Source of the DNA: Eledone cirrhosa
Taxonomy: Eukaryota
Assembly: GCA_964016885.1 (NCBI GenBank)
Contig: OZ024746.1
Coordinates: 41,912,001 to 41,976,000 of the forward strand
Length of the DNA stretch: 64,000 bases
Reading direction: 5' to 3'
Part shown: in pieces, positions 40,511-54,345 of the stretch
Position numbering within the stretch: position 1 is the stretch's first letter
Layout of the letters: each line of letters opens with the position of its first letter
The notes under the pieces: generated by a model
Database searches by the model: none
The model's input: only the letters and a program-made list of their open reading frames with translations
What the model was told of the DNA's origin: nothing
Translations under genes and position numbers: made by a program

Positions 40511-43500
40511 TCTCTACTCTTCTAGATTAGTAGTTTATGAATAATATTCCCTTTCAAATTTATTTAACATAGTCTAAAATTAGGCTGAAGGTGCTGAATG
40601 AAATATTTTGCCGTATTTGTTGAGTTCAACTTTGCCTTTCATCTTTCTGAAGTCAAGAATAATATACCAGTAAAATCCTTGGGTCAAGTCTTCCTTTTTA
40701 TTTCTGTCTTACCTCCTGTCTCACTCTTCCTTCTTCACTGGAAGAAATTCAGTTGAGTTCAAACATAGAGGAGGATGCCTGGTTTAAGATGCCCAAGAAA
40801 GGCCATATAACTACAACTCCATCAGCATATATCAGTCTATACTACATACAGAAAAAAAAACAACAACTATACTAAAAGAAGCTGCCTATTTGAGAAACTA
40901 CTCTGTTCAGTCCCTACTATTTTGCTTATTGATCTTGTCTTTCAACATTTTGGTTGAGGTTATGTTATCTCTCAGAAGATGTCTTTAGAATACCCTTGAC
41001 TTTGAAAATCACATTCAAATCAAACAGATTTTGCATTTAATTCCTTGCAGGGTGAATTAAGTTGTTTAATGATGCAGTGCAATGTCTGTGAGCAACAACT
41101 CAAGCAGCCGCCTTTTTATCACTAGTCTATTGTGCTTCAAAGGTTATCTTCCCCTATAATTTTGATTATTCTTCTCCTTTTATTCTTTTATTTTCTCCTC
41201 TTTACCCTCTCCTCATTGTCATTATTATTATTAGTAATCGTATTGCCCTCTGTTCTACATCTTTCTCATGATGGAATGAAATAGACAAGTTTTGCAGGAT
41301 CTTCAGTTGTACCCTGGTCAGTAAATTTAACACAAGTTGATCTAGATCCTAAATTTCTTTATGTGTATTCAATTTCCTTTTCAAACCACAAATGTTATTG
41401 CTTTGAAGGCTGTTCCTCTTAATGTTTGCTTTGATCATATTAATAGCTCAGCCATTGGTGCTAAGTAGTCACTAACCTGATAGCTCTTATCTCTAAACTG
41501 ACCGTTGATTCTCTGGCTAAACATCTCTATTAACTGCATCACTAATCTATCTATAAATTATGAACAATCATAAATAGAGGAACTTCAGGTGTTATATATT
41601 CAGGTGATATAACTCACTATCTTTGTAAAATTTATTTTATGATAATAGAATTGAGAACATTGTATAGTTAAAGAAATGATTATACAACATTCTGTTATCA
41701 TTATCACTCATTTCATTTTAATTCATTGTATTCCCCACTTGTGATATTTTCATCTGAAGAGACAAGGAAATCCCCTTCTTCTTCCACTTCTCGATCATCA
41801 TCATAAAGATGATGATGATGTTGATAATGTTGATGATGATAATCAAAATCACCACCACTAACAACAACAACAAAATTAACTCCAATAAAACCACTGCCAT
41901 CACCAACAATAACAACTAAAATTCAAACTCAATATGAATTGAACTTCAACAGATTTAGCAAGCTTTTCCTTTCAATCTTCTGGGACTGATAATAAATATA
42001 CCTACTCCTACATATATGTGGCTTTGTGTTAGTTTAATTTGAATAATTCACCATCATATTACACAAAAGCCACAATGTAAAAATGAATTTGTTCTTTACA
42101 TAATGAGAGAAGACTTTAGGAGAATTCTAAACATCATGTCATCTCAATGACAAGACTGAATGAGGATTGCTGACTTCTTTAGGTTTTTAGTATGCGAGGT
42201 AACAAAAAAGTTTCAATATAATATATACTCTGCTATAAGACGATTTGCATCCAGATAACTTCATTTAAGGACTAATCCACCTCATGGTCCTAGTGGACAG
42301 AATGGAGAAGACATTGCCCCAGAGAATGGCAAGAGAGGGATGCTGGAACAACTATTAGAAGTCACAATGCTCAGTCACTCCTGTGAGTAGCCAACCCTGC
42401 CCTGATAGCAGAGGGGAAGAATGTAGTTAGGTGGCCAAGAATGTCAGAAGTCTGCTGCCATAGACTCAAGCACAAACCTATCAGAGAGCGACTGATATTT
42501 CGACAGAAGAGGTTTGATGTGGAACCCTAAGTTACACCATAATAATCTGCTTATCAATTTCCCCCTGAGAATATAAAATTCAACTCTTTCTCAGTTCTCC
42601 CTTTCTCTCCCTCTTAAATATTTTTAAGGGTAAATAGTTGGAAGAACATTTTTTTTTAGACCAAGCTAGTTGAATTACTTCCTCATAACCTTACATAAGA
42701 TCTAGAAGAATGTTCTGACCTTTACATCACAGGTGATTCATAAGCCAATGAGAGACTTGCTATAAATAGTAACCAAATGTCTATCAATTCACACCCTATG
42801 ATTATTAATAATGGGAAGGACATGGTGGATAAGATAGTTCTAGAAATAATATGCCTTTTTAGTGCTACCTTTATGTTATAGGTTTTTTTTATTAATGGAC
42901 AGCCTTTGTAATAGCAGTTTACTCTTTATCCACCAGTAAGTTTCTTTGTCAGTTATATAAGTGTAGGAGTCAAAGTTTACAGTGCATTTCTAAAAGACTT
43001 GACTATGCTTTCACTTCTTTTTGGGGGAACACACTTATTTCCTTTTAGTCTATTATAGGTTTATTTTCATACATAATAGAAAATCCAGGTTGTATTTAGA
43101 GAGGAACTTTGTTAGATTTGCAGGTTTGGAAATAAATAGTTGTTCAGTGTAAAATATTGATGCTTACTCTATCCTCAAAATGTTGATAAACAAATTCTGT
43201 CTGAACAGAAACAATATGAAGAGACATTGTCACCTGAATTATTTTACCCAAAATAAAATCTAAGCCAAATATATGATGAAAATATTTTAACTGAATTTAG
43301 GTCAACAATTTGAAATATTTTAAAGACTTATCAGCCACAGCAGATAACATACAAAACAAAATCAAGAGGTAAGCCTAAGTGATCAATATGTAAGTGTTAG
43401 AATTGTATTTTATGCTTCTGTGTTCCAAATTCAAGGCTTTGTTAATTTATCAATGAATTTCTATTTAGAACAAGACCAACCAGTCACTTTGAAGAGGCAA

Positions 43501-44539
43501 TTTTTCTTTCTTTGGTTGACTCTGCCATTGGGCTTGATAATGAATGAGTTACATTACCTCGTTAATTATATAACTTGTGAGGTATTGCTCCATTATTATG
43601 TTTTTTCAGAGCTAATAATACATGGAGTTGCTACTCCTCACAGGAATATTGTGTCAATTGCTTTTATACCCTCATTCACCTTTAAAGTGCAAGCAATACT
43701 AAAAATATTTATTAGAAATTCTCAAATGCAGTCTCTTACATAAAGAAACCTGAGAGAAACCAGTATCAGTAAATTGAATGGAAACCTAGAAATTGATTGA
43801 TACTGTATTTTATTATACTCTGAAGGGTGGAAGGAAAATTTCACCTCACCAGTATTTGAACTCAAATTATAAAGATTCATAACAAAATACTTGTGGGTAT
43901 TTTGTCTGATGCTCTAAAAGCTCTACCAATCCATCAGCAATTCTAGTTCTGCTGAAATACTCAACTATATTAGTGCTGCTCTTATATGTTATGAATGTAG
44001 ATGGGAAAAATTGTGTCAACAGTGAACCTAAAAGATTCACAGTAGGAGAATATTTCAAACTATGACATTCTTTGTCATTACATTTGGAGAAGACAAGTGA
44101 CTATAAGAATAGCTTATCCCTCCACTAAATGTTATCATTCATCTAAAATATGACAGAATGTAACTCAATGCAACCCCATGTATGATAGGGATTCTGATTG
44201 GAGCTGCTGACCTGTGGACTTCACTGTCTTTTTAACATGACTCAAATGTTAAGAATTTGTAGGAAGATAAAAACTAATTTTAAATTGGTATTATTCTGAT
44301 CAATTAGAACATTGTTATTTTATACAAATCATCAATGACCTTATGAAAACTACTACTACTGCTGTTGCTGCTGCTGCCACCACCACCACCACCACCACTA
44401 CTACTATTACCATCACCACAAGAGGATTGATAAAATAAGTATCAGCAGGGTACTTGGTGCCAGGGTTCAATTTATTCAACTATACCACGCCTCCAAATAC
44501 AGTGGCCTCCTGCTAATCTTACAGATAATTTCTATAATA

Positions 44540-44890
44540 ATTGTTTCTACTTTGGGCACAAGGCCAGCAATTACTCCAGTGCATTACTGATGCTTTATTT
44601 TATTAACCCCGTAAGGATGAAAGACAAAGTTAACCTCAGCAGGATTTGAACTCAGACCATAAAGGTGCGTAAAACCATGCTGCAAAGCATGGCATCTGAT
44701 ACTGCCAAATAATAATAAGAATGGTTTCTAATTTAGGCACAAGAACAACAATTTTTGTGCATTACTGGTGCTTTATTTTATTGACCCCATAAGGAAGAAA
44801 GGCAAAGCTAACCAGGGGGGAATTTGAACTCAGAACTTAAAGAGATGTAACTATGCTGTGAAGCATGGTGCCTGATGCTCTACCGATTCT
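44540..44890 (-). mobile_element. Two tandem SINE copies
   Basis: ggcacaag...gcattactg...aaggcaaag...gatttgaactcaga occurs twice. Confidence 0.75.
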
Positions 44891-45735
44891 TAGCTCTTAT
44901 TCTTTGAGTCTCTTGTTTCCATTTGCTTTCACCATATCCAAAACATGTTGCTGCTGGTTTTGGAGGTATTGTATCACATTTTTGAGATCTCAATGACAAA
45001 TATTATTCATATTCAAATTATAAATGAGTAAAATATTTCATTTTAGTAGTTTCAGACATTTATTAAATATATTTGACTTATTTTGTTGTGTTCTATATAT
45101 GTAATTAAGTACATCATATATTATTTGTGTGTGTGTATGTGTGTGTGTGTACGTGTGTGTACATATCTTATAGATAACATATTTAAAATGTTATACTGAA
45201 CTTTAATACTTGATGTTGTTTCGAATTAAGCCATGGAATTTCCACAAGGTCAGCAAATTTATTGTATTAATCCTGTTGTATAATTTGTGTAAAACACTAG
45301 TCACTATGGAAAAGAGATGATAAAAATGTGTGAGTGTGTATGTGTGTATGACTGTGAAAGTGAGAGAGAAAAAAAAGAGTGGGTGGTGGTGGGGTGAGAT
45401 GTGGTGTAGTGGCAACATGAAAAGAAAAATGTTTTATATAATCCCAGACTATTATATATATTTTTACATATAACTTTTAGATAGAATATAAATTATGCCA
45501 TACTGATCTTTAATACTTGGTGGTTGTTTCTAATTAAGCTGTGGTATTTATATAGGCTCAGCTTATTATTATTATGACCTTGTGCCTAAATCAGAAACCA
45601 TTATTATTATTATTAGCTTCGCCTTTCATCCTTACAGGGTCGATAATATAAAGCACCAGTAATGCACTGCGGTCGATTGAATTGACTTTGCCATCCATCC
45701 CCTAAAATTGCTGGCCTTGTGCCTAACGTAGAAAC

Positions 45736-45782
<47 letters not shown>

Positions 45783-45817
45783 GTAGTAGTAGTAGTATTA
45801 TTGTTATTGTTACTATT

Positions 45818-46035
45818 AGGGCATTTGCCCTAGCGGTCAGGGTAACCGTGACTTTTCTTGTGGGCTTTCTCCACGAGCAACCCTTGGAGGTCTCCCCCCT
45901 TTTGGGAATTTTTCATTGTTTCCTTTTGTCACACTCTGTTTTTGTTTTTTTTTACACACAGAAATGCCATTTGTATTGTCCTGTGTTTTCCTTAATGTTA
46001 TACTTTGTGTCAACCCTTGTGGTCAATAAAGAAAG

Positions 46036-46036
<1 letters not shown>
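45818..46036 (+). mobile_element. LINE (L1/Tx1-like) 3' UTR inserted in an (ATT)n tract
   Basis: T-rich UTR ending in AATAAAGAAA, with (ATT)n on both sides. Confidence 0.45.
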
Positions 46037-46074
<38 letters not shown>

Positions 46075-46614
46075 AAACAGTTTCTACTGCATCTGAAAAT
46101 GCAATGGTGGAAGAAATGGTAATAGTAGTATTTGCATTAGTAAAGATAGCTCTATCATTGTTGGCTATGATAGCAGGCAGTTGTTACAACATTAGCAGTA
46201 GCAGTAGTTGTAGCGGCAGTAACAACAGCAACAACAACAGGAGCTACAGTGGCTGTGGTATCAGTTGTTGAAATGGAGAAAGAACAAGCACTAGCTTAGC
46301 CATTAGCTATAATATTCAACTGAATATCTAATACTTGAATGCAAATAAAATTAAATATCAGTTGTTGCACTTGAAGGATGAGTTCAAAGTAAACATAGAA
46401 CTAAGATCTTGAATAGCACCAGCTTAGTGAATATTTCTCTTAAAATAACCTGGATGGAAATACTTGGATAATATAGGAAATATATATGTAAATTATATAG
46501 AAGTAGAGAGAAAATGGATGGGTCAAGTGAAGAAAAAATATACTCTATTAGAGTTTTATTAATTTATTTGGTTATATCCTTTTGAGATTTACTATTATAT
46601 ATATATATAAATGC

Positions 46615-46649
<35 letters not shown>

Positions 46650-47201
46650 GTACATATATATATATATATATATATAACTAAACCTAAATCCATCATTTAC
46701 AATCGGATATGACTTGGTAGAATGTACCTTGCATTCTGCTGTTATGAATAGAGGCAGACATCCTCTCAGCCCTCCCTCTTCTTATATAGCAAAACATCTA
46801 GGATGTGACACCATGAAGGAGAGAAGGCTGCACCAGTGCACAGAGTTGGTACTTTTTTTATTGACCCTCAAAGGACTTTTTTTATTGACCCTCAAAATGG
46901 ACTTTTTTGACCCTCAAAGGACTTTTTTTTATTGACCCTCAAAATGGACTTTGGTAGGATTTGAACTCAGAATTCAGAGGTGCAGAACAAATCTCTAATA
47001 CTCTAATGACACTGCTATATTTACCAATTATATGTATACATATATCATCATCATCATCATTTTACGTCTGCTTTTCCATGCTTGCAAGGAAATGTATATA
47101 TGTATATATATATATATATATCAAAGGTATATATTGAGTTAGGAACTCAAAATAGTCTCTTACAACAAAATAGCTCTAAGAAAGAGATTTTTCTGAGCCG
47201 T

Positions 47202-47555
47202 ATATTATAATAGAATATAAAAGAAAAACGAACACAGATATATGCATATATGTGTTCAAATAGTAAGGGACCAAATTCGCTAAGGTGAAAAGAATACTAA
47301 CTAAAGACAATTGGGATTGTTGCTTGTCTCAATTTAAGAAAAAATCAAGAAAATAAATACAAACCGGAATTGTGGTAACTACCAACCATCCAGACAACTT
47401 GTTGTTGTTTCGCAATGTTAATTGTGGAGACAAGCAACAAACCCAATTGTCTTTAGTTAGTATTCTTTTCACCTTAGCGAATCTGGTCCCTTATGATTTG
47501 AACACATATATGTATATATCTGTGTTTGTTTTTCTTCTATATTCTATTATAATAT
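47202..47555 (-). mobile_element. Penelope-type foldback module with a core-deleted hammerhead
   Basis: Arms 47202-47330 and 47427-47555 are inverse. Minus strand 47389-47428 reads tcca-caat(taac)attg-c-GAAAC-aac(aacaa)gtt-GTC-tgga, with CUGANGA missing. Confidence 0.7.
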
Positions 47556-47568
47556 GTATATATGTGTG

Positions 47569-47621
<53 letters not shown>

Positions 47622-47636
47622 GTATATATATATATG

Positions 47637-47709
<73 letters not shown>

Positions 47710-47715
47710 GTATAC

Positions 47716-47762
<47 letters not shown>

Positions 47763-47800
47763 CGTATATATATATATATATACGTATATATATATATACG

Positions 47801-47865
<65 letters not shown>

Positions 47866-48135
47866 TCATATATATATATATACATATATATATAGATATA
47901 TATATATATACATATATATATAGATATATATATACATATCATCATCATCATCACCGTTTTACGTCCGTTCTTCCACGCTAGCATGGGTTAGACGGGTTGT
48001 CTTATTGTGGGCAGTGTCTGGTCAGCTGACCATGCTTTGCTCATACAGGAACTGATTTGGCTTGATTTCTACAGCTGGATGCCCTTCCTAACACCAACTA
48101 CATATATATATATATATAGATATATATATATATAC

Positions 48136-48166
<31 letters not shown>

Positions 48167-48167
48167 C

Positions 48168-48223
<56 letters not shown>

Positions 48224-48263
48224 TGTTATACTTTGGGAGGGTCATGTTGCCATATATATATAA

Positions 48264-48298
<35 letters not shown>

Positions 48299-48345
48299 CA
48301 TATATATACATATATATATATATACATATATATACATATATATAC

Positions 48346-48379
<34 letters not shown>

Positions 48380-48547
48380 GTATATATATGTATATATATA
48401 TATGTATATATATGTATATATATATATATATAAAGAATTAATATATCTACCGACATATGTATACAGATGCATACCTACGCTAGCAGATATATATGTTTTG
48501 TCTTAGTAACTTTGTAGTTCTATGCAGGGGAATGCAGAACAATTATA

Positions 48548-48887
48548 TAAAAGACGTAAATAAGAAAGTTATGAAAATTGACTTACTTACTAAAATTTCA
48601 CTCCAACTGAATTTGCCACTCGACCAAGGAGGCAGCGAATTTTTCAGTGCTTAGAATCTAGCTCCGCTCGATTTTTTCGCTTTTTTCCATCCACTGAATT
48701 ATTGTTATATAAGCTTCCAGTGTCCCCGCATTGCCTGGTGGCTTAGCTGAGAATAGACTCCCTGATGACGTAAGGCTTCTCTAGAGGTATTACATAACTG
48801 TATTTATCCCCTTACAGAAACTAATTAGTTGGAGAGAAATTTTAGTAAGTAAGTCAATTTTCATAACTTTCTTATTTACGTCTTTTA
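48548..48887 (+). mobile_element. Penelope-type module with 61-bp inverted arms and a hammerhead
   Basis: 48548-48608 is the inverse of 48827-48887 (1 mismatch), and a TA tract follows. Confidence 0.8.
48758..48834 (+). ncRNA. Type I hammerhead ribozyme, intact core
   Basis: ctcc-CTGATGA-c-gtaag...cttac-a-GAAAC-TAATTA-GTT-ggag, with a palindromic stem III and predicted cleavage after 48830. Confidence 0.8.
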
Positions 48888-48888
48888 C

Positions 48889-48963
<75 letters not shown>

Positions 48964-48973
48964 TATACATATA

Positions 48974-49004
<31 letters not shown>

Positions 49005-49212
49005 GTAAATATATATATATATATATATGTAGTTGGTGTTAGGAAGGGCATCCAGCTGTAGAAATCAAGCCAAATCAGTTCCTGTATGAGCAGCCGACCA
49101 GACACTGCCCACAACAGGACAATCCGTCTAACCCATGCTGGCGTGGAAGAACGGATGTAAAACGGTGATGACGATGATGATGATATGTATATATATATAT
49201 ATATGTATATAC

Positions 49213-49401
<189 letters not shown>

Positions 49402-49410
49402 CATATGTAC

Positions 49411-49485
<75 letters not shown>

Positions 49486-49518
49486 CATACATATATATAT
49501 ATAGATATATACATATAC

Positions 49519-49560
<42 letters not shown>

Positions 49561-49693
49561 ATACATATATATATATATACATATATACATATATATATAT
49601 ACATATATACATATATATATATATATACATACATATATACACATATATACATATATATATATATACATACATATATACACATATATATATACA

Positions 49694-50116
49694 TACTCTT
49701 TTACTCTTTTACTCTTTTACCTGTTTCAGCCATCCGGCTGAGGCCATGCTGGGGCACCGCCCTTGTTGCTACACATTTTATCTCCAGCCTGTATAGGTTG
49801 GCCACTGGTGTAGGAGGGAGTTTGTTGCTGCTGCCCTTAGGTTTCCCTCGTGTCTTGCTGTGGGCTCATCCGGGATCCTGGATAACAAGGTGTCGAGATG
49901 TTTCTTAAAGACATCCACCTCCACGTCATGCAAGTCTCGCAGATGCCTCGGCAGCCTGTTGAAGAGTTGAGGGCCCTTGAATCCCAGGCTATTGCAATAC
50001 CTGCTCCTTATTCTAGATGTGGAAGACGGGACCTTTGGCACCACACAGTGACGTCCTGTTCGACGGTTGGTCCAGCTCCCAATGCCAAAGTTTGGTGCTA
50101 GTCCCTCCAGGATTTT
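49694..50116 (-). mobile_element. CR1/L2-group LINE 3' end with (GAGTAAAA)n tail
   Basis: [14 protein letters not shown]...[16 protein letters not shown]...[11 protein letters not shown]. Confidence 0.85.
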
Positions 50117-50170
50117 ATATATATATATACACACATATATACATATATATATATACATATATATATACAC

Positions 50171-50203
<33 letters not shown>

Positions 50204-50328
50204 CATATATACATATATATACACACATATATACATATATATATATATATACACACATATATACATATATATATATACACACATATATATATATATATAC
50301 ACACATATATATATATATATATACACAC

Positions 50329-50359
<31 letters not shown>

Positions 50360-50566
50360 TATATATATATATACACACATATATATATATAAATATATAT
50401 ACACATATATATATATATATATACACACATATATACATATATATATATATACACACATATATACATATATATATATATACTCATATATACATATATATAT
50501 ATACACACATATATACATATATATATATACACACATATATACATATATATATATATACACACATAT

Positions 50567-51172
50567 ATGGTGGCTGCCAACTCGTTTTCGAGTACGGCCA
50601 CTACTTTATATCCATGTAGGAGAACCCCTACTGATGCGCTGAACGAGTGTGACTTTTTAGTCCAGCCAGCGATTTGAAAACTCTGGTACAAACACTACAC
50701 TTGTGACAATTATTGACACAGTGTTGGGCCCATGGTACCATGTGACGATAAGTGCAGAGAGATCTCCAGATATAAAGCAATGCCTGTGCCATGAAGCTTT
50801 TATAGTGAGCAAAGGCACTGCACAAAGCCAGTCCCACTCTCTTAACCAAGATGATATTTACCAAAAAGACGAACAAGTGAACATCATTGGATAACATCAG
50901 GGTTGCAGGTGTTATATCAGTTTTCCTTCTCCTAGAATTCTGCCTTGACAAAGGCTAAGGGGTCATCTCTCCTGGTGATTTTGGATGGCCATTGACTTTT
51001 AAGAGGTCCTTTGCCCTTTGACAAGTTTTGTTTTTAGTCCTGCAGAATGTTTAAAGTCACCCTCCTCACCAAGAAAACTTGGTGGGGTTGCCAGTTTAGT
51101 CGCCAACGACCCGACCATGAGACAGGTTGTACTGGGATACATGTTACCAGTAGCACCAACTGGTGACCTGAC
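50567..51172 (-). mobile_element. Internally deleted RTE-like element (5' UTR-like segment joined to a C2H2-coding 3' end)
   Basis: [22 protein letters not shown] at the 3' end. The same 3' UTR recurs at 58901-58949 and 60962-61032. The 5' part is related to 15280-15490. Confidence 0.6.
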
Positions 51173-51336
51173 ATATATATATATACACACATATATACAT
51201 ATATATATATATATACACACACATATATATATATATATACACACATATATACATATATATATATATATACACATATATATATACACACATATATACATAT
51301 ATATATATACACACATATATATACATATATATATAT

Positions 51337-51381
<45 letters not shown>

Positions 51382-51497
51382 TATATATACACACATATAT
51401 ACATATATATATATACACACATATATATACATATATATATATACACACATATATATATATATACACACATATACATATATATATATACACACATATG

Positions 51498-51720
51498 TGA
51501 AGGCGTGTGGCTGAGTGGTTAGAGAATTGTATTCGCAATCGTACGGTTGTGAGTTCGATTCCTGGACCAGGCGATGCGTTATGTCCTTGAGCAAGACACT
51601 TTATTTCACGTTGCTCCTTCTACCTGGAGTTGCGACCGATAGATAGTATTAGCAATTGGAAAGACCAACGGAAACATTGTTCCCTCTGTCCGATTTGACA
51701 AAAAAGTCGATCGTTCCTTT
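51498..51720 (+). mobile_element. tRNA-derived SINE with CORE-like domain
   Basis: A box tggctgagtgg, B box gagttcgattcc, and tgtccttgagcaagacacttta. Confidence 0.85.
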
Positions 51721-52080
51721 ATATATATATATACACACATATATACATATATATATACACACATATATATATATATACACACATATGTACATATATATAT
51801 ATACACACACACATATATATATATATATATACACACATATAAATATATATATATATATACACATATAAATATATATATATATATACACACATATATACAT
51901 ATATATATATACACACATATATATATATATACACATATACATATATATATATACACACATATATATATATTCCCCTATTGCAAAACCAACAAAGGCAACG
52001 GCCTACTACCCACGCCTTCCAACCAACATCTTCGTGTACATAAACATGGAAGAGGTAGGAAGAGTGCACCCGAGCATAAA

Positions 52081-53103
52081 GTGAAAGGGGCACCGAACGG
52101 GCGACTGCGCATTAACACACATAAGAGCGGTCACCTAGATGGAACCACCCGTAGCAAAAGTACAAGGACACGTAATCACTACCGTAACGTCCTATGGTTC
52201 CACCCCCCCTACTCTCGGAGTGTGGCCTCCAACATACCCCGGATGTTCTTCGAAGCCTTAGAGAAGAACTTCCCGCCCAACCATAGATATAGGAAAATTC
52301 TCAACAGGAACAATATAAAAATATCCTCTACTACTCCTAACCTAGCAGACATCATAGGAACAACGAACCACAGTAAGATCACCAAGACACAGCACCTCGA
52401 CACAGACGCACCTACACCTGACAATAACTATATCGACCTTAACAAATCTCTGGCAGCATCCAATAGTGTTGACAACGGCATCCGCAGACGCAACCAGCAT
52501 AACCGCGAAATAACTGGGGAACATGCAGGACATGACGTGCGGAATAACAATCGCATCACCCCGTGTGCTGTGGGTTGTAATGGTGCTTACGACAGCTGCG
52601 ATAGCGTAGGTAACAACGTAGGCAGCAACAATGATAGCCTTACCGTGGGAAATAGACGGAACCGCGACAGAAATTGCAACTGCCGCGACAGAGGACGCTG
52701 CCCTCTTAGAGGATACTGCTTGACTGATAGGGTTATATATAGATGCACTATTACTAGCCACAATAGCGTTAAACATTATATAGGGGCTACCTCCGGCCCG
52801 TTCAAAATTAGGTTTCGAACACATCTCCACTCTTTCACAAATAGAAAACTAAGGCACTCCACTTCGCTCGCGGACTACATCACATCACTAAAGGACTTAA
52901 ACATCAGCTTCTCCACGCACTGGGAGATTGTCGGTAGGGCTGCACCGTACAACTTCAAGAGGAAATGCGATCTTTGCCTCATGGAGCTCTACCACATCAT
53001 AACTGCCACCCACGAGCTCATCAACAGCAGAGCTGAAACGGCGATAAGTTGTACACATCGCTTAAAAATATCCTTCTTCAGATGGGTTAAGGATGAGGAG
53101 TGA
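52081..53103 (+). CDS. Penelope-like linker, Zn-finger and GIY-YIG endonuclease (C-terminal part of the PLE ORF; RT absent)
   Basis: [25 protein letters not shown]...YIG, RFRTH, CDLCLME and LINSR...CTH. The frame is open for 340 aa. Confidence 0.9.
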   Translation: MKGAPNGRLRINTHKSGHLDGTTRSKSTRTRNHYRNVLWFHPPYSRSVASNIPRMFFEALEKNFPPNHRYRKILNRNNIKISSTTPNLADIIGTTNHSKITKTQHLDTDAPTPDNNYIDLNKSLAASNSVDNGIRRRNQHNREITGEHAGHDVRNNNRITPCAVGCNGAYDSCDSVGNNVGSNNDSLTVGNRRNRDRNCNCRDRGRCPLRGYCLTDRVIYRCTITSHNSVKHYIGATSGPFKIRFRTHLHSFTNRKLRHSTSLADYITSLKDLNISFSTHWEIVGRAAPYNFKRKCDLCLMELYHIITATHELINSRAETAISCTHRLKISFFRWVKDEE

Positions 53104-53398
53104 AACCGTACACCGGATCTCCCTGCAACAAGTCTTAACACCCCGCCGGGCAGGCGCTGCAAAATAACACCCAGGAAACAATCCTTGCATACCAGACCCA
53201 GCCTCAGACAAACAGATGCGGCAAAAAAAAAAAAAATAAATAAATTGTCCGGGAAAGACTGCCCTAACACCGGCCGGAGTTACCTCCCTTGACCTGCTGC
53301 AAAATCAACACAAGCTATTTTTGCGAGCAATGAACCTTGATGTGGATTTAACCCCCAAAACTTTCCGAGCAATATAAGGAACACTTTTCATTATTTAT

Positions 53399-53438
53399 GC
53401 CCTTGAGAAGCCCAACTGGGCGAAACGTACGTAGGTGC
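53399..53438 (+). ncRNA. Minimal hammerhead, U3-A8 compensatory variant
   Basis: gccc-TTGAGAA-gccc(aact)gggc-GAAAC-GTAC-GTA-ggtgc, ~300 nt after the GIY-YIG stop codon. Confidence 0.8.
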
Positions 53439-53692
53439 TGTTTTAAATAAACATGTTTTAACGGTCTATTCTCCGATTTTTTACTTTCCCACGTATATAT
53501 ACACATATACATATATATATATATACACACACATATATATATATACACACATATATACATATATATACATACATATATATATATACACACATATATACAT
53601 ATATATATATACACACACATATATACATATATATACACACATATATATCTGGAGACATATATATCTTGAGACATATATATACACACATATAT

Positions 53693-54090
53693 ATCTGGAG
53701 AGAAATGAGGCAAGCATCCTCCATTGGATGTGCAGTGTAAATGTGCGTGAACGACCCAGCTTAAATGTGTTGAGAGAGAAACTGTGTCTGAGAGGGATAG
53801 AATGTAGTGTACGGGAGAGGAGACTGAGGTGGTATGGACATGTGATGCGCATGGAGGGTGACCGATGGGTGAAGACGTGCCAGGAAATGCCAGTTGAAGG
53901 AAGACGTGGTAGAGGTAGACCACGAAAAACATGGGCGGAGGTGGTGAGAACAGACCTCAGATCATTGAAGCTCACGGTGGAGATGATGAAGGACCGTGAC
54001 GAGTGGAGAGATGCTGTGCTGAATAAGACCTGTCCTACCCTTGCAAGCAGAGAAAAGCGGACGTAAAATGATGATGATGATGATGATGAT
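53693..54090 (+). mobile_element. RTE 3' end with (GAT)n tail
   Basis: RRLRWYGHVMRM...GRRGRGRPRKTW. Confidence 0.92.
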
Positions 54091-54280
54091 ACATATATAT
54101 ATATACACACATATATACACACATATATACATATATATATATACACACATATATACATATATATACACACATATATATATATATATACACTCATTTATAC
54201 ATATATATATATATACACACATATATACATATATATATATATACACACATATATACATATATATATATATATACACACAC

Positions 54281-54325
<45 letters not shown>

Positions 54326-54345
54326 TACATATATATATATATACA

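Larger units (their letters stand above)
51971..53493 (+). mobile_element. 5'-truncated Penelope-like element (Naiad-like) in TA tract
   Basis: A GIY-YIG ORF, then a 3' UTR with a hammerhead. TA tracts lie on both sides. Confidence 0.88.

Noticed and set aside
46850-46952. ~23-26-bp repeats ttgaccctcaaa(at)ggacttt
   Set aside because: Local slippage duplication inside a SINE copy.
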